Origin: Chiloscyllium plagiosum
Taxonomy: Eukaryota
DNA length: 64,000 nt
Assembly (NCBI RefSeq): GCF_004010195.1
Contig: NC_057736.1
Span: forward strand, 15,466,710 to 15,530,709
Reading direction: 5' to 3'
This document shows positions 23,625 through 37,696 of the stretch, in pieces; the first letter of the stretch is position 1, and the number at the start of each line of letters is the position of its first letter. The notes beneath the pieces are model-generated. The model saw nothing but the letters and a program-made list of their open reading frames with translations. It was not told the origin of the DNA and searched no databases. A program made the translations under genes and the position numbers.

Positions 23625-24660
23625 ATGAATGAATGAATGAATGCCTTATTGTCACTTGTACTCTACAATGAACAACTTGGTAAATTAAAGTGAAATGCTT
23701 CAACTGTTATCACAATCTGGTGCCATTTGAATATTTTAAGAATAAAAGGAATGAAAATATAAAGCTGAAAGAGTCCATTATTGTTCTGCCATCCCCACCA
23801 TGAGTACTGAGCCCTGGGCCGGCCAACACCGGTGCTGTCTCCTCTCTGTCCCCTACGCCCAGACCCAGCAACGTCGGAGTCACCACTCTTTAGGCGCTAT
23901 CTTTTCATCACTGGGCTCACCTCACCAACAGGCTACCAGTGCAGGGTCCTGTGCTAGACCCACATGTGCCCTACAAACAGGAGGCCTAGGCTCTGCTGCT
24001 TTGCTGATAACCAGGAGACCCCCAGCTCTGGGCATACCACAACCAGGAGGTGCTGTCACCACCACACTGATAACCAGGAGTCCTTGCTCTGGGCCTACCC
24101 CAACCAGGAGCTGCCACCACAACACCGGTAACCAGGAGTCCCTGCTCTGGGCCTACCGCAACCAGCAGCTGCTGCCAGCACCAACCGATAACCAGGAGAC
24201 CCTGGCTCTGGGCCTACCACTACCAAGAGTCCCCTGCTCTGTTGCCAGGCTGTTGCCTCACCCAGAATCCCACATCATCAGCTCTCCTTTACGGTGGTGT
24301 GGAGGTGCTGCCGTTGGACTGGCATGGACAGGGTCAGAAGTCACACAACACCAGGTTATAGTCCGACAGGTTTATTTGAAATCACAAGCTTTTGGAGCGC
24401 TGCTCCTTCGTCAGGTGCAAGGGGCTGCACTCGGAAAGCTTGTGATTTCAAATAAACCTGTTGGACTATCACCTGGTGTCGTGTGACTTCTGACCCTGTC
24501 CTTTGTGATATCACCTTGTCCACTGCTGCCGACAGGGAAATGAAGAAGAAGGAAAAGAAAGTAGACAAAAATGGTAAGGAATGAAGGGAGGAATCGGTCT
24601 GAACCAGACAGGCCCAGGAGTCTGAATGATGCCTCTGTCAACTGGACTTTTCAGAGAACT
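23625..24660 (-). mobile_element. Non-autonomous LINE-tail element (Rex-Babar-like tail) with internal minisatellite
   Basis: gtgacaataa+(cattc)n tail at 23625-23660, similar to the tail of 43718-43951; ~60-nt tandem units at 24004-24232. Confidence 0.4.
24313..24501. mobile_element. Fold-back PLE-derived repeat (second family)
   Basis: Long inverted arms; - strand core cac-CTGACGA-a-ggagcagcgctcc-aAAAGCTT-gtg. Related copies at 30586-30718 and 48615-48715. Confidence 0.7.
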
Positions 24661-24789
24661 GTTTTGTAATCCCTGTTTAGCTCCCAGATCCACGATTTCT
24701 CCTACCATATTTGGCAAAGGTAATTCATTTTAAATCTCACTGTTTACACCATAATTCCTACAATCAGTACAAAGACCTCTACAAGTCAA

Positions 24790-27240
24790 TAAAAATTCTA
24801 CTGAGCGACACAACTGTTCCCACCACACTCCCATAACTGCAGTGGGACCTGGATTGTGTAAACCATGCTATATAAGAGCGCTCGAGAAATCCTATCAGCA
24901 ATGCATCCACCCCATCTTCCAGATTCAGTGGAAGGGCATTAATCAAATGCTGGAATCCTTCATGAAGTCAGGTCTACAAGCAATCAGGTTAAATTTAATG
25001 CTTGTAGAACCAACCACAATGGAATGGGTTCTGTGTCCAGGTGACATAAAGCATCTTCCTGCCAGGTCTTGTGTTCTCATTCTCACATGGCCAGTGTTTC
25101 AGGGTGGGGGAGGGGGTGGGGAAGCAACGAAAACATTTTGAGGACACTCGAACAATCTCTTTGAAGCACAGCAGCATTAAAATTAATGACTTCAAGAAGC
25201 TTGATACTGATTGATCAAAATGGCAAAATCGTGTTCTGAGTCCAAACACCAAACACCAAGCACCCCAGATTGTTCAACCTGGCGGGATATCCTGTCCCAA
25301 GATCTGCAGATAGGAATCAGCCTGTTTAGTAATACAAAGATTGATGACAGAAGCTCACAATCCTGAATAGAGGTCATTCCTTAAGTCAAGGGACAGTCAA
25401 TGATGATAACATTAAATGTACTCAACAAGAGAAACCTGTCTGATTTGTGGTAGCTGCAAAGGAATCACCTTGATGAGAAAATTGTTGCAAGGAATCCCCT
25501 CAACCATCACCCAGCAGTGGCTGAGGAACTCTTCTGGGATCACATGACAATAAAGGGACATTACAATAAAGGAACACCAAAATCAAGGTAATTGTAAGGA
25601 GTAGCATCTACAACTGTACATGGCCTTTGTTGAACTTACAAAGGCCTTTGACTCTGACCACCTTGAAGGCTGCTGGAGTATCCTCCTGAAATGTGGCTGC
25701 CCGCAGAAATTTGTCACTATCCTCCACCGAGGCTGGTACAATTGCAACATTTAAGAGGCATTTGGATGGGTTTATGAATAGGAAGGGTTTGGAGGGATAT
25801 GGGCCGGGTGCTGGCAGGTGGGACTAGATTGGGTTGGGATGGACGGGTTGGACCGAAGGGTCTGTTTCTGTGCTGTACATCTCTATGACTCTATGACTAC
25901 TCCATATTGGCATGCAAATTGTGATCGTCCCTAATGGAACTGACACAGACCCGAGCTCAGTAACATCCGAGGTCAATGTTTGTCATTGCACTAACAGTTC
26001 TTCATTCTCCTTGCTGCAAAACTGCACCTCTCTTCCAGCAAATTACCCAGAGTAGCAGAGAGACATAGGTGTCACATATCACTATAAACTCAGGCATAGG
26101 TACAGAGACTAATCCAAAATCCCAGTCCACAGAATAGATGGAAAACTGTTCAACCAATCCTGCCTCCAATCCATAACCAAATCCCTCCTCTCTCAGATCA
26201 ATTTCTGTATTTTTTGCCTCTCAACAAAGGTAGACATGATGATAAAATTCATCATCGGCTCCAATGTGCCAGCTCAACCTTTGAGCAACACCCCAAACCC
26301 AAGACTAAGGTCATGGTTAACTGGGAAGCAATGAGTTTCTACCTTCTTTGGAGACTTGGGAAACCTACAGCAGCATCTAAAATCATTGGAGAATTACCAC
26401 CTGCAGTGCCTTTACAAGACTTTCCAGTTCTAGTGGCAAGAAAGAGGCCTCACACAGGGTACTCTACCAAGCCAATTTGCCCAATGCCAAGAAACTAATC
26501 ACTCAAAACCAGCCCTGGGTGGGTGGGTCATTGGTATATCTGACACTAGCCTGCTGAAGTAACTGAAATATACACAGATAATGCTGGAGAAATTCAGCTA
26601 CATTCCTGAAGAAGAGTCATACTGGACTTGAAACTTTAACTCAATTTCTTTCTCCAGATGTGACCAGACCTGCTGAGTTTCTCCAGCATTCTATGTGCTT
26701 GTTTCAGATTTCCAGCATCTGCAGTATTTTTCTTTTGTTTTTCAGAGCTCAGTCACAACAGGAAACTCTGAGGAGTTAAGCAGAGAAAAATGCCCATATA
26801 GTATCTCTAAAGAGGTCAGACATAACCATCGATTCATGAGCGAGCCTGGTCTGTAACTGATCAAAATGGAAGATAAAAACCAAAAAAACTGTGGATGCTC
26901 TAAATCAGAAACAAAACCAGAATTTGCTGGAAAAGCTTAGCAGAATCTGTGAAGAGAAATCATAGTTAACGTTTTGGGTCCGATGAACCTTCCTCAAAAT
27001 GGAGGATGTTCATTTCAGAAGAAGTGAAACACACTGAGAGACTTCATCAGGATCATACAGAGGTGCAATTGAGATGCAGGGGAATTGAACATCCTAATCT
27101 TCCCAACCCCTTCAAGCTCCACTTAGCACATGTGGAAGAATCTAGTCTGCAGATTACATGCCGGACTTGGAAATCACTGAACTGGAGTTGAAGCAAGTCA
27201 TCTTCGACTCTGCAGGGTTGCCAAAGAATAAAGAACAAGA
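24790..27240 (+). mobile_element. Decayed RTE-clade LINE interrupted by CR1 and PLE fragments
   Basis: LYMAFVELTKAFDS..WSILLKCGCPQKFV (about 25610-25725) and RALEKSYQQCI..I.W motifs; a CR1 3' end is inserted at 25729-25897. Confidence 0.7.
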
Positions 27241-28072
27241 ATACAATCAATAACTCATTTACTGTTGCATCAGAGATCTATTATAGTAACGGTGAACATA
27301 TCCTGAACTGCAATAGATGAAGTTAAGCCATGAGAGTGACTTAATAGGCCTATGTTTTATTTTATGTTTAAAGGTATTTTTAATACAATCAAAAATATTT
27401 AAAGTATATGAAGAGATCTAATCATTTTGAATGGTCTTTTTTCTGTGGGATGTATGGTTAAATAATAAGATACAGGAAAAGGACAATTCAAAGTGATTTG
27501 ATATTTCACATTTTTGATTGTATTGATAAATGTTGATGGTAATTGAATTGCCAAAAGTGTGACCAAGAATAATTTAGGCTTTCAATTGGTCTGCATACCT
27601 TAGACTTTGTTAATTATAATTCAGGATGTAACTATTGATTGTGTATTGATGGTCTGTTGATGTAACTGTGAATGATGTATAGAGAATGTATTGATCTAAG
27701 TGTGAATGGTGTATTGACCACATTAACTGTATTACGAATGGCTTTCTCTGGAAGTGTCCAATACATAGTCGTACAGTTTCAGAGAATAACAAAGATGGAA
27801 GAAAGAAGTCAGACCACTCCTTAACGAACATTGACCTATGTCCAAGCTGCTCCAGAGCATAATGGCATGTGGACAAAACAATTGCCTGGTTGTTAAGTAT
27901 TTCTTTAAATATGAATAAATCCTCTTAATCTGTTACACCAAAAATACTGACTGCCAACTTTGTGGCTTGTCAAAAACCCAAATAAATGTGAAAGTAATTC
28001 ACATGAAATAGGAAAGGGCAAGGGTTTGATACTCAAAACATCAACTGCTCTCACCAAACAACAATTTACATT

Positions 28073-29960
28073 TAGAGTCATAGAGATGTACAGCATGGAA
28101 ACAGACCCTTTAGTCCAACCCATCCATGCCGACCAGATATCCCAACCCAGTCTAGACCCACCTGCCAGCATCTGGCCCATATCCCTCCAAACCCTTCCTA
28201 TGCATATACCCATCCAAAGGCCTTTTAAATGTTGCAATTGTACCAGCCTCCACCACTTCCTCTGACAGCTCATTCAAATCACTTTGAATTGTCCTTTTCC
28301 TGTATCTTATTATTTAACCATACATCCCATAAAAAAAGACAATTCAAAATGATTAGATCTCTTCATATATTTTCAATATTTTCTGATTGTATTAAAAACA
28401 CTTTAAACATAAAATAAAATGTAGGCCTATTAAGTCACTCCCATGGTTTAACTTCATCTATTGGCAGTTCAGGATATGTTCACTGTTACTATAATAGATC
28501 TCTGATGTAACAGTAAATGAGTTATTGATTGTATTCTTGTCCTTTATTCTTTGGCAACCCTCTGTGTGAGAAAATTGCCCCTTAGGTCTCTTTTATTTCT
28601 TTCCCCTCTCACCCTAAACCTATGCCCTCTAGTTCTGGACTCCATGACCCCAAGGAAAAGACTTTGTCTGTTTATCCTATCCACGCCTCACATAATTTTG
28701 TAAACCTCTATATGGTCACCCCTCAGCCTCTGACGCTCCAGGGAAAACAGCTCCAGCCTGTTTAGCCTCTCCCTATAGCTCAAATCCTCAAACCCTGGCA
28801 ACATCCTTGTAAATCTTTTTTGAATCCTTTCAAGTTTCACAACATCCTTCTAATAGGAAGGAGACCAGAATTGCACACAATATTCCAACAGTGGCTGAAC
28901 CAATGTCCTGTACAGCCGCAACATGACCTCCCAACTCCTGTACTCAATACTCTGACCAGTGAAAGAAAGCATCCCAAACGCCTTCTTTACTATCCTATCT
29001 ACCTGCGACTCCACCTTCAAGGAGCTATGAACCTGCACTCCAAGGTCTCTTTGTTCAGCAACACACCCTAGACCTTACCATTAAGTGTATAAGTCTGCTA
29101 AGATTTGCTATTCCAAAATGCAGCACCTCGCATTTATCTGAATTAAACTCCATCTGCCACTTCTCAGCCCATTGGCCCATCTGGTCAAGATCCTGTTCTA
29201 ATCTGAGGTAACTTCTTTGCTGTCCACTACACCTCCAATTTTGGTGTCATTTGCAAACTTACTAACTGTACCTCTGATGCTCGCATCCAAATCATTTACA
29301 CAAATGACAAAAAGTAGAGGACCCAGCACTGATCCTTGCGGCACTCCACTGGTCACAGGCCTGCAGACTGGAAAACAACCCTCCATCAACCTCTGTCTTC
29401 TACCTTTGAGCCAGTTCTGTATCCAAATGGCTAGTTCTCCCTGTATTCCATGAGATCTAACCTTGCTAACCAGTCTCCCATGGGAAACCTTGTTGAACAC
29501 CTTACTGAAGTCCATATAGATCACATTTACCGCTCTGCCCTCATCAATCCTCTGTTACTTCTTCAAAAATCTCAACCAAGTCTGTGAGACATGATTTCCC
29601 ACGCACAAAGCCATGTTGACTATCCCTAATTAGTCCTTGCCTTTCCAAATACATGTACATCCTATCCCTTAGGATTCACTCCAACAACTTGCCCACCACC
29701 GAGGTCAGGCTCACTGGTCTGTAGTTCCCTGGCTTGTCCTTACTATCCTTCTTAAACAGTGGCACCACGTTTGCCAACCTCCAGTCTTCTGGCACCTCAC
29801 CTGTGACTATTGATGATACAAATATCTCAGCAAGAGGCCCAACAATCACTTCTCTAGTTTCCCACAGAGTTATAGGGTGCACCTGATCAGGTCCTGGGGA
29901 TTTATCCACCTTTATGCGTTTCAAGTCATCTAGCACTTCTTCCTCTGTAATATAGACATT
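28073..29960 (-). mobile_element. HER1/CR1 LINE, 5'-truncated
   Basis: RT motifs: [64 protein letters not shown]. Confidence 0.92.
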
Positions 29961-32631
29961 TGGAAGTTGATTAAAACCTTCAATGTAATGAAACATTCCA
30001 AGTTGTTTCACAGGGGAATTACAAATCAAAGTGTGACACCAAGGCATGTGTGGAAATAAACAGAATTGGTAAGTCTGATGACAAAAAGCTTGGTCAATAA
30101 ATTCAGTTTTATTGAATGTCTTAAGTGGGAGGGGAGGGAGATAGAAAGATGCAGAAGTGTAGGAAGGCGAATCCAGGTGGTGATGGACATACTGCGCTTC
30201 CTCAGAACTTTCCTTCCGGTTTTGCCCGATGACCTTGAGATTCATAAGATCAAGAGCCATAGGAACACAGGTAGGTTATTCAAACCATCGTTAGTCTGTT
30301 CCACTATTGAATGAGATCGTGGCTGATTTGATCATTCTCAACTCCATTTTCCTGCTTTTCCCCACAACCCTTGATCCCGCACAAATTAAAAATCTATCTT
30401 TCTGAATATTCTTAATGCCCCAGCCTTGATAGCCCCCTGTGGTAAAGAATTCTGCAGATTCATTATCCTATCACAGAAAAGATTCCTTCTCATCTTGGTC
30501 TTAAATGGGTGACTCCTTTTTCTAAGATTATACCTTCTTCTCCTAGACTGATCAACAAGGGGAAACAATGTCCCAACATCCACCCTATTTGGAAGCACTA
30601 GCTTTTGGAGCACTGGTCCTTCATTACAACCACCTGATGAAGGAGCAGCGCTCCAAAAGCTAGTGCTCCCAATTAAACCTGATGGACTATAACCTGGTGT
30701 TGTGTGATTTTTAACTTTACATTTACACAGTGTCATTAACATGGGAAATATCATAAGGTATTTAATCAAAGTGTTAGGCCTAACCAAAGAAAGAGGTGTT
30801 AGAAAGGCGATCTTCTGGTCCAGCGACGTCTCCATTTTAAACCTCTTATCCTTGTCTTCAAACCCTTCCATCAACCCATTCCTGAGGACTTCTGCCAGCT
30901 CTTCCAGCCTTACAACCCTTTCCCTCTCCAGTTCTGGTCTTCTGCACATCTTGGGTTTAATCAGCCAAACATTATGACCAGGCCCTTCCCTGCTTAATTT
31001 CCATCCTCTGGAATATCCTCTTCCTCAACCTCTCCCTCTTCTTATCAATTGTCCTTTAAAACTAACGTCTTGGATAATGCTTTTGGGTATTAGTCCTGAA
31101 ACTTCTGCAAGGGGTTAAGTGTCAGATTTTGTTTGATTGCCCTGAGGACATCAGGGATGTTACATAAACATGTGTTATTGTATGATGCTGAGCAGAAAGG
31201 TGTGGTGCAATCTGTCAGATTCTCAGACGGGCAGCTCACAGCAACACATAAAATCACAGGATTAAAGAGGAGCCCTTCAAGCATGCTGCACCATTTAGTA
31301 AGATTATGGTTGGGGTCTTAGCTCCACTGTCCTGTCTACATGTACCCCTCTCCCCTACTCTGTATTCCCTTGACTGTAAAAAGCTATCTAACTCCGCCTT
31401 GAATAATTGTGATGACCCAGCTTCAACCACTCTCCCAGAATTCACACTCACCCGCTCAGAGAAAAATAATCTCCTGTTCGCCAGTTTAAAAAAGAAACCC
31501 CTTAATTATAAACTGTGTTTCCCAGTTCTAGTCACCCCCCAAAAAAGGCCACATCCTTCCTGTACATACTCTGTCCAGTCTACCCCCTCCCCCCTCCACC
31601 ATCTCATGGAGTTCAATCACAGTCTTCTAAACTCGAATAGGTATCAATCCTTTAGAGGGAGATAGATTGGGGAATGTCAGTGAAGAACTATCTCTCTCAC
31701 TGACACACTGGGTAGGACAAGCCCGTTTGGGGAGGGACACAAGCTGGGGAAGTGTCATATTTGACAGTCAGTCCCACATACTCTCTGACACCTTGCTCAA
31801 CAATTTGGCTGCCAACAGACACGTGTTTATGTGCTAATATATCTCAGCCAGTTAGGAATGTGTTTGTTTTCAAATCTCCTCTCTACACCTACACAGACAC
31901 ACATACACACACACACACAGAAAGTTATGAACAGAGTGAACGGTTTCCCTGATATTCCCGATGCTTGGATCTGGTCAGACTCCTGGGCTACTCTAGAGAA
32001 GGGAACTGGAGACATCACCCAGATTGTTTCAGTCGGAGGTGTGTGTGCTATCTCCATGTCTCGTGTCACTACTCGGGACTGTTGCAAGGAATAGGGTGAT
32101 TACCATACAGCAAGTGTTAGAATCGAGAGAAAATCCAGTCCTTGATAGCCTCACCCTCAGAGAGAGAGAGACACATACACCCTGTCCGTTAAGCTGCTTA
32201 GCCACCCTCCGCAAATATTCTGTTGGATAGTTGTTCCATTTACGTAAATATTTTTTTCCGGCGAATAGCCAATGCTTTCACTGGTTTTGTCTGCACTCAT
32301 TATTTACAAACGCGAATTGAAGCCTGTGCATTAACCGGAGTCTCAGGAGGAGGGAGAGGAAACTTTTGGAAACCGTTTGCCCCCCCCCCCCTCCAATCCC
32401 ACTGCAGGGGGATTGATCATTGGGTGCTTTTGAAAATCTGTGACCCTTCCAGCCTGTGCAGCCACATCCCCATCAAACATTCCCCGAGCCAGGTACAACA
32501 TAGGTCGAATACACAGCAAAGCTCTCTATCCTGTCTCACCCAATACTCCAAGCAACAATGTGCTGTAGGACCTGCACTCGGTGCAGTTAGAGAAGCAGTG
32601 TTTTGGATGAGTTGATGTTTACAAAAACGGG

Positions 32632-32921
32632 TTAGATTAGGTCTGGAAACAGGCCCTTCGGCCCAACCAGTCCACACCGACCCTCCAAAGAGTAACCCAC
32701 CCAGACCCATTCCCCTCCCCTATATTTACCCCTGACTAACACTTTGGGTAATTTAGCACGGCCAATCCACCCTAACCCACACATATTTGGACTGTGGGAG
32801 GAAACTCAGGCAGACAAGGGGAGAATGTGCAAACTCCACACAGTCACCCGAGGTGGGACTCGAACCCAGGTCCCTGGTGCTGTGAGGCAGCAGTGCTAGC
32901 CACTGAGCCACTGTGCCGCCC
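32632..32921 (-). mobile_element. HE1-type SINE
   Basis: Reverse complement of the 17004 family. Confidence 0.85.
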
Positions 32922-34194
32922 ATTGAGGGTGAGAGCTGTTGGGGGTGGGGGGTTGCAACTGGGAGGGAGAACATTGGGAGAACAATAGATTTGAGTGGAA
33001 ATGTGCAGCAGGTAATCACGCTGGGGTTAAGTGGTTTCCATGGAGACGGATATGACACCATATTATTGCCAACCCTCAGGTTCTGGTTTTCAAAATTGCC
33101 AGGGAGAGGTATGGAGTTCATAGTTGGGGGACAGGGTTTATGATGGGACTGAAAGCAACGGATTTGGTTCTGGGAGAAATCTCTGATCACCCAACACTGG
33201 TTGGCAGTAGGCAGTGCAACATGTTAAAAGATCTGGAAAGGTAATGATGAGAGAAAACTCAGTGTTAGCAGTATTTCAGGTGAAATTGCCCATGGACAAC
33301 TGGTAGGGGAACACCAGATGGGGCTGGTGGATAGATCCAAAGATAATGGAACAAATACAGAGAAGAAGCTAAGGCTGGTGATTCTCTGGCTACAAGTGGA
33401 TAGATGAAAATGGAACTAGTCAAGGTCAAACCCATCTTAACTGAACTTTGGAGGGGAAGCTTTGGAGAGTGTTTTGTGGTCAACCATATTAATGGCTGCA
33501 AACAGGTTGAAAAGAATGATGAAGGATAAGTTGGGAATGTGATGGAATCTTCTTCAGTTGCCTAAGTGCAGTTCCAGCAACTAGAATGCTGATATCATCC
33601 AGTACAAAGCAACCCAATGGACTGACACCCTCCTTAAAAATGTACTCCTCTTCTCAAATGCAGTGTGCACCATCTATAGTAACTGACCTAACTCATTTGA
33701 CAGGATCTCCCAAACCCATGAGCTCTACCACATAAATGTACAAAGAAGCGTAACTTATGGAAGTACATCTTTAAGCTATGCACAGTCTTGACTCTGGAAC
33801 TCTCCCTTTAACAGTACAGTACTGTCGGGGCACCTTCATCACATGGGCTGCAGGGTTCAAAGAGCAGTTTACCACCATCACCTCCTCAAGGGCATTAACA
33901 AGTGGGCAACAAATGATGGCAACATTCCTTAAAATGAGGAATACATCTTGCACAGTTGCATGAGGAAAGGCTGTGACTTTGATACGGATTGGTTCAATAA
34001 GAGGGTGAAACACTGATCAGAGGAGTTTCAAAATGAAATTGCAGAAAGGTTGGACATTGAGTTTTGAGGTAACAACACGCTCAAGGACTTTGAAAAGGAA
34101 AAGCCTGGCAGAGGTAATCTGGCTACGTTGTGGAACTTTGTTGTGGACAATTGTTGTGATTGCTACTCAGGAGTGGTTGACTGCATGTGAAATG

Positions 34195-34346
34195 GAAGAG
34201 CACAGCAGTTCAGGCAGCATCCTGATGAAGGGCTTTTGCCCGAAACGTTGATTTTACTGCTTCTCTGATGCTGCCTGAACTGCTGTGCTCTTCCAGCACC
34301 ACTAATCCAGAATCTGATTTCGAGCATCTGCAGTCATTGTTTTTAC
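34195..34346 (+). mobile_element. PLE-derived fold-back repeat with intact hammerhead core
   Basis: CTGATGA-a-GGGC-tttt-GCCC-GAAACGTT at 34222-34249 between ~27-nt inverted arms; 14-bp TSD ctgcatgtgaaatg at 34181-34194 and 34347-34360. Confidence 0.8.
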
Positions 34347-35177
34347 CTGCATGTGAAATGTCCAAAGGTAGGATAACACTCTATGGAAATATAAAATCTT
34401 TCGTTGTGTATCTTTCTTTGCTCTTTCCAACAACCAATTGTCTATAAATCACTCTGATATTTCTACAGGGGTAAGGGACAGGAAGTGTTTGGAGATGAAC
34501 AGCAAAATATTGGATCCAGCTTGCATTATTAATTAGATCAGATTTCCCTCTTGGAGTGAAATCTTATCTTTAAACCAGAATGTACACACAACGGAATTGT
34601 CTAGGAATTGGCTGTGTGCTGAGAAATCTTTATATGAATCAGGATTAATCAGGTCTAATTCAGTATAAATTTATCTGAAGCCAGTGATCAATGGTCTCTA
34701 GATGTGCTGTTGGCTCCAGCAAACTAACAATCAGAGTTAATTCTACAAGTAATATTTGACTCGAAACATTAACTCTATTTCTCTTTCCACAAATGCTGTT
34801 GGACTTGCTGAGTTTCTCCAACCTTTCTCTAAACCTCAGTATCTCTACTTCTTTATCTAAGGAGCTCTGTAAAATATGTCTCTCTGACCATGAATGTGGC
34901 CACCTGTCCTAACTTTTTTTAACACATGGTTCAACGTCAAATGTTCTTTGATAACCTTGCTGCCTTATTTCCCTGAATATATCCTGTGATACCTTTAAGT
35001 ATTGAGGCAGATTAATTTTGATTTTATTGAATGGTTTTGATCACAGCCTCTGCAGGACCTCTCCGATCATAAAAAGTGCTAACTTGCGTTCTCAATACAA
35101 GGAAAGGACTGGTTGTTGCTCCCACAGTAACCTCTGCTCCTACAGTAACCAGTGACTGGGAGGGGCAAAAGGCCTGG

Positions 35178-35262
35178 TGTCACCTACTGATGGGTTTACA
35201 CCTTCTCCCCACACTTCACCATTACCTAGAGCTTAGACCGAGCCCTTTTCACACCCAGCCAG
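35178..35262. promoter_or_regulatory. Candidate T-box enhancer block, copy 1
   Basis: Four T-half-site-like motifs: tgtcacct, tttacacct, ccacactt, tttcacaccc. Ungapped homologue at 42021-42105. Confidence 0.45.
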
Positions 35263-37485
35263 CCCACAGCCTGCTGTAGGCAGCTTTACTGAGGTCTCAG
35301 AGGGACCTACAACACACAAGCACACACACACCCATGCACACACACACATGGACTGACAAACAACCACATACACATATTCACACACTGTTGTCTTCATGAT
35401 ATTGTATTCATGAGAGGATTGAGTTAAATGGAATGGATTTGTGACTGAAAATTGTGATTTCGAAGAACAGATCCATCTCGGATTTATCCATGATCCATTT
35501 CAGAGTTGGTGATTAAGGAACCACGTGCCAAATTAATGTTATTTACATTGTGATCATGTCAGCTCTGAGTGTTATGCTACATTACGCTGACTGGTAGAGG
35601 GGTTTGAAAATCCCATGTTTGCTTCCTGTGTCAATTCCTGTGTCAATCCTGAGGCAACCAAGAGAGCATTGGTTGATGATTTGGATTGAAATGGAGTGCA
35701 GGGATATAGGGAAAAGGTAAGAGATTAGCATTGTCATCACGCTGGTGCAGTAATGATGTGTCAAATGGCCACTTTCTGCACACTCACACGTCTGTGATTC
35801 TGTGAATGTTGACTGATTTTTCAAGTTAAATTGCATGTATACAAGTTGCATATTGTCTTTCAGTCTTTTATTCTCTAATAACCTCTCTGCCTTTCTCTTG
35901 TGCCTCTGAGACTTTTTAAAATCTCATTGCTTCTCTTTTCTTCTGCACCTCTTTCTTTTCCTCTATTTTTAAATCTGTGTGGTTTTCTTTCTATCTCTTT
36001 AAATATCTCTTGTTCTGTCTTCCTCTGCCTCTGTCTGTCTCATTGTTTATTCTGGGCACATACTCTGATGTGCTATTTTAAACAATGATCCACCACTTCC
36101 TGCCTCTTGCATACTTCCAACACCTACCCAACAATTTGGCTCCAGCACTGAGCAGGAAACTCAGAGCCAGAGACTCAGTAAACACTATTATTTTCATATG
36201 TTTGTCATGTTTAGAACCCATTTGTCTTTTTGTTTTCAGTTAGTGAGAAGATGGATTACATTTTGAATAAAATCAGAGATACCAGTTGCTAGTTAATGTT
36301 GGCTATATTAGTTCTAAGTAAACTACAACAAAATGTGGAGGCCAGCAATCAATTCAGACTTATTGGACTGTGTGGATAGATACATACTAACCCCGGTACC
36401 TCTGATAGTTCAATATTCTCTCAGTACTCACGTCTTCAGATGACAATTGAATCCATTATCTTCAAACTCAGAGGTATGAGTGACCAACTGACACTTAATA
36501 GCTGAGAGCTTTGCTAAAAACAGTCGCAACACAGATGAATGACCAATTGTTCTTTTTTTTAGTTCGGAGAATTACATGCTCTTCTTCAGAGTGATGTACT
36601 TACAATGGTAAAGGAATTGGATAGTGTACATACAGAGAGTGGAACCATATAGGGGCTTGAACAGTGTGGGCTATGATGAGAAATGCAGTAGAGTTGTGTG
36701 AGAAGTGCAGCCAGGCCTATCTCAATGTTAGGAACAACTCATCATGTCTTTTAAATAAGCTGCTGGTGTTGAAGTGAGATTCTCACTAGGCAGTGGAGAG
36801 CTGCCTATTTAGTTAACAACCTTATTTCCTGCAGATCTCACCTTATTCAACTTTCTATTGTAACTTTTGCCACTAGCTTAGAGTTCTCAACGTGGAGGTC
36901 AGAGCAGGTACCTGGTAACTTTAGCTTGCTGCTTGCTCCAAAGGACCTCCATGTTGGACAGTGACATTAATATCTCAGGGCATGCTCCATTAGCAGTGAT
37001 CACATGCTACTCCACTGGCATCTGACATGTGTCAGTCTCTAGGAACTCTCATAGCACTTACAGAACATTTCTACATGAGCAACTGTCATTGTAATGCTGC
37101 GGCAAGAACACTGTGTGCTCAGGGACACACACCATGCTCATGGACTGAATTGGGCCAATATTTGGGCTGTTTGCTTCCTCTCTGACCACACAATCATTAT
37201 GAGCTTACCTGAACACTCACAGTATCCCTCCCTTGCCTTTTTGCTGCCTTGCCCCTCAGCCAGAGATACCAAACACACAGTACTGTTGTATTTCTGTGAT
37301 ATTTAGTGCAGACACAAAGCCAGGAAGCTTGTCACGGTTGTCAGCAGGCTTCAGTTAATTCAAATGGGATAGCGTTCGCTCAGGGGGTCCTGGCTCTGTA
37401 ACACAGGGCAGCCTCTGGTACCAATCCACGGCTTGGACACAGTCAGTCAGCAACTTGAGATGATCAGGGTCTTCTCTTCCATATT

Positions 37486-37696
37486 AGGAGAAAGTGAGGA
37501 CTGCAGATGGTGGAGAGTCAGAGTTGAAAAATGTGACACTGGAAAAGCACAGCAGGTCAGGCAGCATCCTGATGAAGGGCTCATGCCCAAAACATTGACT
37601 GTTCTGCTCCTCGGATTGTGCCTGACTTACTGTGCTTTTCCAGTGCTATGCTTTTCAACTCTGACTCTCCAGCATCTGCGGTCCTCACTTTCTCCT
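37486..37696. mobile_element. PLE-derived fold-back repeat with degenerate hammerhead core
   Basis: Inverted arms aggagaaagtgaggactgcagatg / catctgcggtcctcactttctcct around ctgatgaagggctcatgcccaaaac. Confidence 0.75.

Noticed and set aside
23800-24486. 228-aa ORF
   Set aside because: Produced by a minisatellite plus a fold-back repeat.
31706-31750. Antigen-receptor J-like FGEGHKL preceded by heptamer-like CACTGGG
   Set aside because: No RSS nonamer, no suitable splice donor and no V/C exons nearby; the sequence belongs to the triplicated non-coding block.
35076-35279. Paralogous peptides CHLLMGLHLL.. and CHLLIGLHLL.. (42006-42218) as duplicated exons
   Set aside because: Substitutions are largely non-synonymous and no shared splice sites are evident; conservation follows DNA motifs instead.
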